Below are positions 19,809 to 28,304 of a stretch of 41,948 bases of DNA, one piece after another. Under the pieces are notes generated by a model. It did no database searches, was not told the DNA's origin, and worked only from the letters and a program-made list of their open reading frames with translations. The translations under genes were made by a program, and so were the position numbers. Source of the stretch: a virus (lineage: Duplodnaviria; Caudoviricetes); the IMG/VR virus record IMGVR_UViG_3300005934_000010, positions 1-41,948 of that record; one strand, given 5' to 3'. Positions within the stretch are counted from its first letter, which is position 1. Each line of letters starts with the position of its first letter.

Positions 19809-19837
19809 TTGCAATCTATAATAAAGTGTAGTATACT
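19809..19837 (+). promoter_or_regulatory. sigma70-type promoter (leaderless exonuclease mRNA)
   Basis: TTGCAA-N17-TATACT, ATG 6 nt downstream. Confidence 0.75.
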
Positions 19838-19843
19838 AATACT

Positions 19844-20533
19844 ATGCTAACAGAACGCTATAATTACCAACCCCTAGAAAGAGTCAGTATAGAAGGAAGT
19901 AGACACTATCAAACTCCTAATGGCGAACCATTGCCAAGTGTCACAACTGTACTAGACGCATTAAAAGACAAAACATCATTATATGAATGGAGAAAAAGAG
20001 TAGGCGATGAAGAAGCAAATCGCATTACTAAATTAGCCACTGGTATTGGTACACAAGTACACTTACACATTGAAAAGTATATTCTTGAAGAAGATAGACC
20101 AGGTGGTACAAATCTCATTCATCAGATGTCTAAAGAATTATCAGATATTGTTATTGAAAAGGGTCTCTCAAATGTAGATGAAGTTTGGGGTACAGAAGTT
20201 CCTCTGTACTATCCCGGATTATATGCAGGTACGACAGATTGTGTCGGAGTATGGAAAGGTAAGCCTGCTATCATCGACTTTAAGACTACTCGTAAACCAA
20301 AGAAACGTGAATGGATTGATGATTACTTTTTACAAGGTGCCGCTTATTCAGCCGCACATAATGAATTACATGGAACAGATATTAAGACTATTGTGATTAT
20401 GATGATTGGCTGGGATGCCGAAGCAGACAATTTAGGCAATTATCAAGAATTTGTTGTAGAAAAAGATGAATTTGACAAGTATAGTCTTGCGTGGGCAGGC
20501 AAGGTTAAAGAGTATTTTGATAAATACATGTAA
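19844..20533 (+). CDS. PD-(D/E)xK exonuclease (MGME1/RecB-like)
   Basis: PSVTTVL, GTQVH, AGTTD, IIDFKT, QGAAY. Confidence 0.9.
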   Translation: MLTERYNYQPLERVSIEGSRHYQTPNGEPLPSVTTVLDALKDKTSLYEWRKRVGDEEANRITKLATGIGTQVHLHIEKYILEEDRPGGTNLIHQMSKELSDIVIEKGLSNVDEVWGTEVPLYYPGLYAGTTDCVGVWKGKPAIIDFKTTRKPKKREWIDDYFLQGAAYSAAHNELHGTDIKTIVIMMIGWDAEADNLGNYQEFVVEKDEFDKYSLAWAGKVKEYFDKYM

Positions 20534-20550
20534 GTAATTAGGAGTTTTAC

Positions 20551-22617
20551 ATGTCCACAACCAATGTTAAAATATTATTAAGACGCGGCTTTAGAAAAGA
20601 TATTAGTGCCGGTACTCTTGAAACTGGAGAAATGGGTTTTACGACCGATACTAACCAATTATACGTTGGTATTGACCCAGCTATTAACGAAGTACAATTT
20701 GATCCTTTTGCAAACGCACAAGCAGTAGTTCAATCTTGGTTAAACTCAGAAGATAACCCAGAGCCAGGACTTACTATCGATGAAGATTTAGTTATTAGAA
20801 ATGTAACAGATGTTGATGGATTGATGGACGCCATGAACTTCTTTGCACAGATAGTTACATTTGATACAACTACACAGACATTTACTCCCGGAGATACTTT
20901 AACTCAAGAATATAATAAAAATTTAAATGGTACATTTGAAACAAGAACTACCGCAGAAATAGTATCAGCGACAGTAGGAGCATCAAGTACCGAAGTAACA
21001 CTTAAGATAAATGAAACTCAGCCTGCTTTAAGAAAAGAAGAAGATTTTTCAGTAGTATTAACTAATACGAATACAGGTGGGACTGCTTTAAGTAATGTAA
21101 CAGTAACAGATACGAAACTAAAAGACAAATGGCATTCGCCAATCTCTATAGATGTTGATAACGGTGTTGATGCAGTTTATCAATTAACTTTAGCAAATAG
21201 TGATTATTCATATACTTTCAATGAAACAACTAAAGAAGGTACAATTAATTTTACAACACCTATTGCAGACGGACAAACTACTACAGAACAAGTAGGTTCT
21301 ACAGAAACTATAACGGCAGATGGAGCAGAAACACAATTTAATCTTTTAAGTTTTCCTGCAACTGCACCTACAAGTATAGAAATTTCAGATGCAAATGGTA
21401 ATGTCTTAACATCACCAGCAGATTATGAAATATACGACCAAAGTCATCCAAACTATAATGGAACAGTTGAAGAAATTAAATTCGTTACAGCGCCAACAGT
21501 TGACATAACAGTTTCATATAAGGAAAATGTAACTGGTGACCAGAACGATTTAATTGAATCTCTAACAGTTAACTTCTCTGATGATGATAACTTTTATTTT
21601 AGAATAGTTGATGCAACAGATACAGTAACAGATTTATCTTCTATGCCAGTTTCTAATATTACTGGTGGATCAGAATTTGGCGTAAGTCAATACGCAGTTC
21701 CTAGAACGAATGTTGAAGTAGTAACAGAAAACACTTTCAATCAAATGTTTGCAGACCAGCATCTTACAATTTTTGATGTAACTGATGGCAAACGTTCAAG
21801 TCTTTTTAGAAAATCAATAGCAGGAACAAGCGGTAACTTTTTAAGTTATGAAAAAAATGAATGCACAACGTTTTTTGTTGACTATTCATTAAAGCAATCA
21901 GATACAACAAATACTTTTGTTCGTGTTGGTACTCTTAAAGTTATTAATGGTGTACCTCAAGGTATAAGCAAGATTAAGATTACAGATGATAATACAGAAA
22001 TTTGGCAAGATTTAAATTCAGATACTATTGCTGATACTGATGAATTTTCAAATATAGAATTTCAGTCAAAAATTGAAGATGTTATAAGAGTAAGTTCAAC
22101 TACAATCGCAGATGTAAAAGAATGGCTTGCTCCATCAGATGTAACAGAAACTTTTAATGCGTTAGCAGGAGATACTGTATTCACAATAGCACAAACTTTA
22201 GATGTCAATGGTTACGGAATAGATAGTGTTGTTGTAGATGGTACTGTATATAATGAAACTACAGATTGGACAGTATCAGGACAAGATATTACTTTTACAA
22301 ATCCAACTATGGCTGGTGGTGAAGTAATAGAAGTTAAATTAGTACACTCTCTAATATCTCCTAATAAACCTTATGCATTAGCATATGCACAAGGATTAAT
22401 TAAGATTGATGATGAAGCAGGTGCTACTGGAAATGTTATTATAAGACACAAACTTCCTGTATGGGATAATGCTACTATTGTTACAGAAATGACAAACGAT
22501 GTTGCTTTTACCCCAACTGCTACGTCTATTGAAGGCAATAATATTTTAATTTATTATACACAAGATGCCGGATATAATTCAGAGATAAGCTATACTGTTA
22601 AAAGATGGACGATGTAA
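20551..22617 (+). CDS. Tail fibre/baseplate-associated structural protein
   Basis: N-terminal ILLRRG...GEMGFTTDTNQLYVG (Mtd-N-like), Thr-rich beta repeats, late promoter at 20519. Confidence 0.75.
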   Translation: MSTTNVKILLRRGFRKDISAGTLETGEMGFTTDTNQLYVGIDPAINEVQFDPFANAQAVVQSWLNSEDNPEPGLTIDEDLVIRNVTDVDGLMDAMNFFAQIVTFDTTTQTFTPGDTLTQEYNKNLNGTFETRTTAEIVSATVGASSTEVTLKINETQPALRKEEDFSVVLTNTNTGGTALSNVTVTDTKLKDKWHSPISIDVDNGVDAVYQLTLANSDYSYTFNETTKEGTINFTTPIADGQTTTEQVGSTETITADGAETQFNLLSFPATAPTSIEISDANGNVLTSPADYEIYDQSHPNYNGTVEEIKFVTAPTVDITVSYKENVTGDQNDLIESLTVNFSDDDNFYFRIVDATDTVTDLSSMPVSNITGGSEFGVSQYAVPRTNVEVVTENTFNQMFADQHLTIFDVTDGKRSSLFRKSIAGTSGNFLSYEKNECTTFFVDYSLKQSDTTNTFVRVGTLKVINGVPQGISKIKITDDNTEIWQDLNSDTIADTDEFSNIEFQSKIEDVIRVSSTTIADVKEWLAPSDVTETFNALAGDTVFTIAQTLDVNGYGIDSVVVDGTVYNETTDWTVSGQDITFTNPTMAGGEVIEVKLVHSLISPNKPYALAYAQGLIKIDDEAGATGNVIIRHKLPVWDNATIVTEMTNDVAFTPTATSIEGNNILIYYTQDAGYNSEISYTVKRWTM

Positions 22618-23061
22618 ATGCGTGACAAAGCTACTTTGCTTTATGAGTGGCGACAACTTAGACTAGAACTACAAAAAGAATTCTCTCAAAAGCAACTACA
22701 AAATATAATGGATTGGTTTGAAAAACTAGATCCAAGCCCTCACGGCTTCAATTTTGATGATATTACTACTTGGCCAGATATCTGGGAATATATAAATGAA
22801 GGATATTATACAAGAAGTGGTAACGGATTAGGCTGTCTTTATACTTTACATCATTCAGTTCCAGAAAAAGATAATCAATTATGGCTAGTGCATGATATGT
22901 ATTACGGCGATATGTATCTAGTAGTTTATTCTGAAGGCTATATCTTAAATAGAGCAAATGGTAAGATATGTGAATATGATGAAGTCAATAAAAAAGACTT
23001 GGATATTCTTAAAAAGTATGATATAAATGAAGTTATTTCCACACTCAAATACAGGAAATAA
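22618..23061 (+). CDS. Hypothetical protein
   Basis: ORF adjacent to the structural gene. Confidence 0.75.
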   Translation: MRDKATLLYEWRQLRLELQKEFSQKQLQNIMDWFEKLDPSPHGFNFDDITTWPDIWEYINEGYYTRSGNGLGCLYTLHHSVPEKDNQLWLVHDMYYGDMYLVVYSEGYILNRANGKICEYDEVNKKDLDILKKYDINEVISTLKYRK

Positions 23062-23099
23062 ATACATATATAATTAACTATATAAATACGGGAAGAAAG

Positions 23100-23411
23100 A
23101 TGTTACAAAGCAAAAAAAGATACGATAAAGACGATATTGTTACACTTGTACTAACAGGTGGACAAGAATTGTTAGGTAAGTTTGTAGAAGAAAGTGGAGA
23201 TTATTTTATTATTAGAAAACCACTAACATTAGTATATGGTCAGCAAATTTCATTTCAACCATTTACTGTTACTGGAGATAGTGAAGGCGAAGTTGTTTTA
23301 CACCGTGATAAAATAGTTTCAGTTTTACAAACAAACAAAGAAACAACAAAAGCATATACCGCCGCAACAAGTGGTATTATTGCACCAGAGAAAAAAGGAT
23401 TGATTACATAA
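23100..23411 (+). CDS. Small Sm/SH3-like fold phage protein
   Basis: TLVLTGGQELLGKFVEE...RKP pattern; late motifs at 23057 and 23081. Confidence 0.6.
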   Translation: MLQSKKRYDKDDIVTLVLTGGQELLGKFVEESGDYFIIRKPLTLVYGQQISFQPFTVTGDSEGEVVLHRDKIVSVLQTNKETTKAYTAATSGIIAPEKKGLIT

Positions 23412-23716
23412 TGCCTTTAACTGCTAGAACTACAGATGCTACAACAAATCACCCACCTTGTGGTCCAGGACAATGTGCCGCAGGTTCTCACAATGTATTT
23501 GTGAATGGGTTACCTGCATTCAGAGTTACAGATATGGATACACCTCATGGTATACCTCAAGGTGATCCTCTTGTTTGTGTACCTCATACTACACCATTAT
23601 CACAAGGCTCTCATAACGTATTCGTAAATGGGTTGCCTTTAGGTAGAATTGGTGATGCATTTACTTGTGGTATTAAAGTTGCTAGTGGTTCACCAAATGT
23701 AATCACAAACGGATAA
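23411..23716 (+). CDS. PAAR-repeat tail spike tip protein (gp5.4-like)
   Basis: PLTAR, GSHNVFVNGLPA repeats, GRIGD...CG...GSPNV, His/Cys metal ligands. Confidence 0.92.
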   Translation: MPLTARTTDATTNHPPCGPGQCAAGSHNVFVNGLPAFRVTDMDTPHGIPQGDPLVCVPHTTPLSQGSHNVFVNGLPLGRIGDAFTCGIKVASGSPNVITNG

Positions 23717-23720
23717 GACA

Positions 23721-25451
23721 ATGGCAAGTGAAGCAGAATTAGAACGATTATATCAGGAGTTTGTATTAAGAGGCGGAGGAGCATTTACTCTTTCTAACGT
23801 TAATACTACACCTGCACAATATTATAATACTGTTTCAGGAAATGCACTTACACCTTCTCAACAAGCATTCTTACAATCACAACAAGAACAGTTTAATAGA
23901 CAATCTGCTTTATCAACTATTGCAAGTGAGTTAGCTGGTAATAACTTTTCAAATCCATACACTGCACGGGCAGATACGAGTATAGGGCTTATTCAAAGTT
24001 TTGCAAATAATCCAACATTGACAAATGTTGCGGCATTAGCCAGTGCATTTGGTTCATTCAGTGCAACAGATAAAGGTTTAATATTTGCAGGTGTTCTAGC
24101 GGCAACTGGTGTTGATTTAGAAAATCTAATTAAAATAGGAACGATAGCAGGTTTAGGTATTGCTATGTTCAATAGTTTAAAAAATCACACTGCTGGTCAA
24201 ATGTCAAACTTGCCACAAACATTATCAGATGCAAGTTCTCTTGCAGGAATGAATGCACAATTTGGAGAACAAAGAGATAGTTGTTCATTCTTCAATGAAA
24301 TTTTAGGAATACTCAGTGGTGCGTTTGATGGCACTATGGATTTTATCGATGGAGTTTTTAACAAGTTAGGATCGTTATTAAATCAAACAGGAGTATCTGG
24401 TGTTATAGATTCTATAACAAATGCTATAAGTGGTGCTGGAGGTGTTATTGGTGATATAATAAATGCGATTACAAATGTTATAGGTTCAGTATCTAATGCA
24501 ATAAGTGGTGCGTTAGGTGAGATTGGTGGTTTAGTAGGAAAAGTAATAAATGCAATAGCAGATATTTCAAATCAAATTGCAAACGAGGCATCAAAATTAT
24601 TAAATCTTGCGGCAGAATTAGCAAGTAAGGCACTAGCGTTAGCAATGGCGGCCGCGGCATTAGACCCATGTCAGATGGCAGTTATTCTTAATACTGGTAG
24701 TCAGGATATGAAGAATGCAGTAAATCAATTAAATACACCTTTAAGTCAAGCACCAGATATACCTACACAAGTAGACACAAGAGCGGATGCTGATACAGTT
24801 ATAAAAACTATGGATCAAGCAAAACAAGAAGCATCACAATCTTTTGGAGTTCCTCAATCACCATTTACAAATACAGGAAAAACTCATCAACCGTTAGATG
24901 CATATCTGCATAATTTATTTACAGAGATTACAGGAATATTTGGAGATACTTTTGAAGCAGTAAAGAATGCAGTTGGCGGAACTTCAATTACACCTATAGC
25001 AAATACTGGTTCTACGATATCATCTTCAAATGCACCACCAACACAATCTCCTACAACTATATCAAGTGATGCATGGAGATTATGGCAATCAACATATTCA
25101 AATCAATTATTGGGATTAAAAAGAGATATTAAATCTCTTAAATTAACAATAACAGATGCAATCGCAAATAAGAATTTCTCTACAGAAGAACTTAAAAAAC
25201 AATCTGTAATCTTGGCAGACCAATTGTCAACAAACGAAACACTTGTATCACAAGAATTAAAAAAAGCAAACTCACAGTTGGTGTATAAATCTGAAGGTAA
25301 TAAATTCAGAATACAAACTAGAGAAGATGAAAAAATGGCTTTATACAATTCAACAGTTGGTCCTTCAACTGATAGGCTAATTAAAAGAGTTACAAAAGAA
25401 CTTACTTCTACTAGAGTACAATGGAACTCTATAGACCAAAATGTTCGTTAA
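23721..25451 (+). CDS. Large helical Ala/Gly-rich virion protein (baseplate hub or ejected protein)
   Basis: 576 aa directly after PAAR; amphipathic GxxxG-rich centre. Confidence 0.55.
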   Translation: MASEAELERLYQEFVLRGGGAFTLSNVNTTPAQYYNTVSGNALTPSQQAFLQSQQEQFNRQSALSTIASELAGNNFSNPYTARADTSIGLIQSFANNPTLTNVAALASAFGSFSATDKGLIFAGVLAATGVDLENLIKIGTIAGLGIAMFNSLKNHTAGQMSNLPQTLSDASSLAGMNAQFGEQRDSCSFFNEILGILSGAFDGTMDFIDGVFNKLGSLLNQTGVSGVIDSITNAISGAGGVIGDIINAITNVIGSVSNAISGALGEIGGLVGKVINAIADISNQIANEASKLLNLAAELASKALALAMAAAALDPCQMAVILNTGSQDMKNAVNQLNTPLSQAPDIPTQVDTRADADTVIKTMDQAKQEASQSFGVPQSPFTNTGKTHQPLDAYLHNLFTEITGIFGDTFEAVKNAVGGTSITPIANTGSTISSSNAPPTQSPTTISSDAWRLWQSTYSNQLLGLKRDIKSLKLTITDAIANKNFSTEELKKQSVILADQLSTNETLVSQELKKANSQLVYKSEGNKFRIQTREDEKMALYNSTVGPSTDRLIKRVTKELTSTRVQWNSIDQNVR

Positions 25452-25466
25452 TTGATAAATACATAT

Positions 25467-26147
25467 ATGCGTGTTGAAGAAATTATAAAATCAGTAGAAG
25501 AAGGCGTCAACGACCCTCATATATTTAAAGCCGTGTTTATGGCAGGCGGACCTGGTTCCGGCAAGTCTTTTGTTGCCAAAAAAATGTTGAGAGGAACAGG
25601 GTTAAAGATGGTAAACTCAGATGAAGTTTTCGAACTTATCATGAATAAAGATAATTTACCTTTAGACCCTGATACTATTGCAAGTCCAGACGGACAATCA
25701 AGACGAGATAATGCAAAAGTTTTAACAAAAAAACGTGAAAGCATCTATATAGATGGAAGATTAGGACTAGTAATTGACGGTACTGGTAAAGACGTAATGA
25801 AGATAGGCAAGACACAAGAACGTCTTCAACAGATGGGTTATGATACGATGATGTTATTTGTAAACACAAGTTTAGAAGTAGCACAACAAAGAAATACAAA
25901 AAGAGACAGAAGCATTCCTTCAGATATGGTAACGAACATGTGGAAACAAGTTCAAGATAATATCATGAAATTTCAGCAAATGTTTGGAGCTCCAAATTTC
26001 TTTGTAGTTGATAACTCAGGCGGACTAGAAGATCCTGAAAGAAAAGAAAACTTTGATAGAGTTGAAAAAGCTATTGATAAGTTTTTAATTTCTCCACCAA
26101 GCAAACGTCAAGCAAAGGCTTGGATCGCTTCCAATAAAAAAGGTTGA
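25467..26147 (+). CDS. P-loop kinase (AAA_33/zeta-toxin/Pnk-like)
   Basis: MAGGPGSGKS, NSD, VIDGTG, RNTKRDR; ATG at 25467 follows a late motif. Confidence 0.85.
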   Translation: MRVEEIIKSVEEGVNDPHIFKAVFMAGGPGSGKSFVAKKMLRGTGLKMVNSDEVFELIMNKDNLPLDPDTIASPDGQSRRDNAKVLTKKRESIYIDGRLGLVIDGTGKDVMKIGKTQERLQQMGYDTMMLFVNTSLEVAQQRNTKRDRSIPSDMVTNMWKQVQDNIMKFQQMFGAPNFFVVDNSGGLEDPERKENFDRVEKAIDKFLISPPSKRQAKAWIASNKKG

Positions 26148-26172
26148 CTTTCACTAACGGATATTGTATCAT
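26144..26172 (+). promoter_or_regulatory. sigma70-type promoter
   Basis: TTGACT-N17-TATCAT. Confidence 0.7.
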
Positions 26173-26195
26173 AATACAAATACATAGGTGAAAAA

Positions 26196-27077
26196 GTGGA
26201 TTTACAAAAACAATTCGAACAATATAGAAAACCATTTGATTTAGAAAAAATCAGAGAAACACATGTGCATTATTGCACACCATGTTATGGTGGTCAGATT
26301 ACAGAACCATTCTTTCGTTCTTGGTCTAAAGCACACATGACTTTTACAAAGTACGGTATTCCTTATTCAGTAACAACATCAGCAAATGAATCTCTTGTTT
26401 CAAGAGCAAGATGCCATATGGTTGCTTACATGATGGCTAATCCAAAAGCAACACACTTAATGTTTATTGATGCTGATATCAATTTCAACTGCCAAGACAT
26501 TTTACATATGCTACAACATGATAAAGATATTATTGTTGGTGCATATCCAAAGAAAGATTTAGATTGGCGTGAACTTGAAAGAAAAATCAAACAAGGAAAG
26601 CAAAGAACAGTTGATGAACTAAAAGCACTTGGTTCAAAGTATGCATTGAATTTTGATTGGTATGTTAATCCAGAGACTAATGGTAGAGAGATACAAAATA
26701 AAGACGGATTGATTAAACTAAAAGATGCGGCAACAGGTTTTATGCTTATCAAACGTGAAGCAATTTTAAAAATGATTGATGCATATCCTGAATTGTATTT
26801 TAATAACGATTTAGATTTACCAGAAGAAGAAGAAAAATGGACATATCTTTTGTTTGATGTTATGCATGAAGAAGAAACAAAAAGATATCTTTCAGAAGAT
26901 TATGCATTTTGTCGTAGATGGCAAAAAATAGGCGGCGAGGTTTGGTTAGACCCACTTGTTGAATTGGATCACGTTGGTCACTTCACATTCAATGGTGATA
27001 TTAAGAAATTGTTTCTTACAACAAATGATCCTAATGCACCATCAAATAATGAACTTGAAAACTTTAAAAAAGATTAG
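26196..27077 (+). CDS. GT-A fold glycosyltransferase
   Basis: TPCYGG, FIDADI (DxD), ATGFMLIKR, YLSEDYAFC, HVG. Confidence 0.85.
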   Translation: MDLQKQFEQYRKPFDLEKIRETHVHYCTPCYGGQITEPFFRSWSKAHMTFTKYGIPYSVTTSANESLVSRARCHMVAYMMANPKATHLMFIDADINFNCQDILHMLQHDKDIIVGAYPKKDLDWRELERKIKQGKQRTVDELKALGSKYALNFDWYVNPETNGREIQNKDGLIKLKDAATGFMLIKREAILKMIDAYPELYFNNDLDLPEEEEKWTYLLFDVMHEEETKRYLSEDYAFCRRWQKIGGEVWLDPLVELDHVGHFTFNGDIKKLFLTTNDPNAPSNNELENFKKD

Positions 27078-27121
27078 TTTCCGTTAATGAAATCTAATTC
27101 TTCATCTGTGTAAGGCCACAT
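27074..27121 (-). CDS. Putative 15-aa micropeptide MWPYTDEELDFINGN
   Basis: GAGGA Shine-Dalgarno upstream; last ORF of the small-ORF cluster. Confidence 0.45.
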   Translation of the reverse strand: MWPYTDEELDFINGN

Positions 27122-27228
27122 AATTTATTTCCTCTTTTCGTTTACCTTTTTTGTCGAGGATGCCTCTTCCGGCATCATCTGAAATTATAATAGTAGTTGC
27201 TAAAAAGACTGCCAAAATTCTAACGAAC

Positions 27229-27351
27229 TTAGGCAACCTCCTGGTTACACATTAAGCGTTTTGCTTCTTTATAGTAACCTTGTCTTGCTAATTCACTAGC
27301 CGCTCTCATACGACCAATATGTTCAAACCATGATACTAATCTTTTAACCAT
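27229..27351 (-). CDS. 40-aa small basic protein (DUF1127-like character)
   Basis: MVKRLVSWFEHIGRMRAASELARQGYYKEAKRLMCNQEVA; TAATG-coupled to the upstream ORF. Confidence 0.7.
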   Translation of the reverse strand: MVKRLVSWFEHIGRMRAASELARQGYYKEAKRLMCNQEVA

Positions 27352-27500
27352 TACACCCAACCTTTCAAATTTTTGTTAGTTAAAATTCTTTGTCTACGTT
27401 CTAGGTCAACTAAATCGTGTGATTCTGCTAACCAGTCATGTTCTACTTGTGCTTGTGTTTTTGGTCTGATTGCTTTCCATATTCTTTTTAATAAATTCAT
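27351..27500 (-). CDS. 49-aa small protein (DUF3563-like)
   Basis: ...WLAESHDLVDLERRQRIL...; TAATG-coupled on both sides. Confidence 0.7.
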   Translation of the reverse strand: MNLLKRIWKAIRPKTQAQVEHDWLAESHDLVDLERRQRILTNKNLKGWV

Positions 27501-27685
27501 TATCTGTTTCCTGTTTTCTCAAATTCTTTGTACATTCTAGGTCCCGCACCTGTTCTTAGCATATGCTCATATGCATACTGCCAGTCATTTCTATATTCTG
27601 TTTTGGCCCATAATTCAAAGTCTTTTTCTTTGGTGCTCTTAGCCGCAAAGACATTGATAAGGCCGCTGAAAAAGTTCAACGTCAT
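27500..27685 (-). CDS. 61-aa small protein
   Basis: GGAGA Shine-Dalgarno before ATG at 27685 (MTLNFFSG...). Confidence 0.7.
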   Translation of the reverse strand: MTLNFFSGLINVFAAKSTKEKDFELWAKTEYRNDWQYAYEHMLRTGAGPRMYKEFEKTGNR

Positions 27686-27699
27686 TGTTATCTCCGATA

Positions 27700-27835
27700 T
27701 TAATATGTAGATGCTTAAGGACAGCAATACCCCGGTCTCTCCCGGCGCCGCTCTTGTAAGGCATGGGTTATGCCACGGTCTTTCCCAGTCGCCAATACAA
27801 CGAAGACTTTGTGGAAGCCCTGCTTTTGTATCAAT
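27700..27835 (-). ncRNA. Structured GC-rich 5' leader / candidate cis-regulatory RNA
   Basis: Hairpins TGG-GAAAGA-CCG, CCGG-GAGAGA-CCGG, GGCAT-AACCC-ATGCC and a long 5' stem; begins just after TATAAATA (27845-27838). Confidence 0.55.
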
Positions 27836-27958
27836 CTTATTTATATAAATATACATGAAAAAACCGCTGATTTACAGTGTTTTTTCGACAATCCCGATAT
27901 GTCCAGAATGCAAGGCTACTTGCATGGCTCTATATCATTACTGCATAACAGAAAGCTA

Positions 27959-27987
27959 TTGATTTCTTATTCTAAATATGTTATTAT
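27959..27987 (+). promoter_or_regulatory. sigma70-type promoter
   Basis: TTGATT-N17-TATTAT with extended -10. Confidence 0.65.
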
Positions 27988-28016
27988 AGATATAACTAAA
28001 TCATCAAGGAGATATA

Positions 28017-28301
28017 ATGTCAACTGTACTATGTGCAAAATATAATAAAGAATTGCCAGCGTTAGACAAGGCACCGTTTCCAGGACCTGCAGGACAAGAG
28101 ATTTTAGAAAAAGTATCTGCACAAGCATGGAACGATTGGATGAATTTCCAAACTATTTTGATAAATGAGAATAGATTAAATCTAATGGATGAAAAAGCAA
28201 GAGAATTCTTAGCAGAGAAACGTAATAAGTATTTCTTTGAACCCGGAGAATTGGATCTACCTGAACAATTTGTAGATCCTAATGTGCCAAAGTTAGGATA
28301 A
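28017..28301 (+). CDS. yggX: Fe(II)-trafficking/oxidative damage protection protein YggX
   Basis: VLCAKY...PFPGPAGQEILEKVSAQAWNDW...QTILINENRLNLMD. Confidence 0.9.
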   Translation: MSTVLCAKYNKELPALDKAPFPGPAGQEILEKVSAQAWNDWMNFQTILINENRLNLMDEKAREFLAEKRNKYFFEPGELDLPEQFVDPNVPKLG

Positions 28302-28304
28302 TAA

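Noticed and set aside
19844-20533. Cas4-like nuclease suggesting a CRISPR system
   Set aside because: The Fe-S cysteine set is missing, and I saw no repeat-spacer array or other cas genes in the window.
23411-23716. PAAR gene as evidence of a type VI secretion system
   Set aside because: No other T6SS genes are present, and the context is phage tail morphogenesis.
25467-26147. Zeta toxin of a toxin-antitoxin pair
   Set aside because: No adjacent antitoxin-like gene. The late promoter and targeting-like N-terminus fit a virion kinase better.
27074-27121. 15-aa peptide as a RiPP precursor for the radical SAM/SPASM enzymes
   Set aside because: It is more than 12 kb from either radical SAM gene, with no leader/core pattern, RRE domain or transporter to support a link.
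27770-28045. 91-aa + strand ORF and the 118-aa extended version of ORF 27500-27856
   Set aside because: Both run across promoters and the structured leader. The SD supports a start at 27685 instead.
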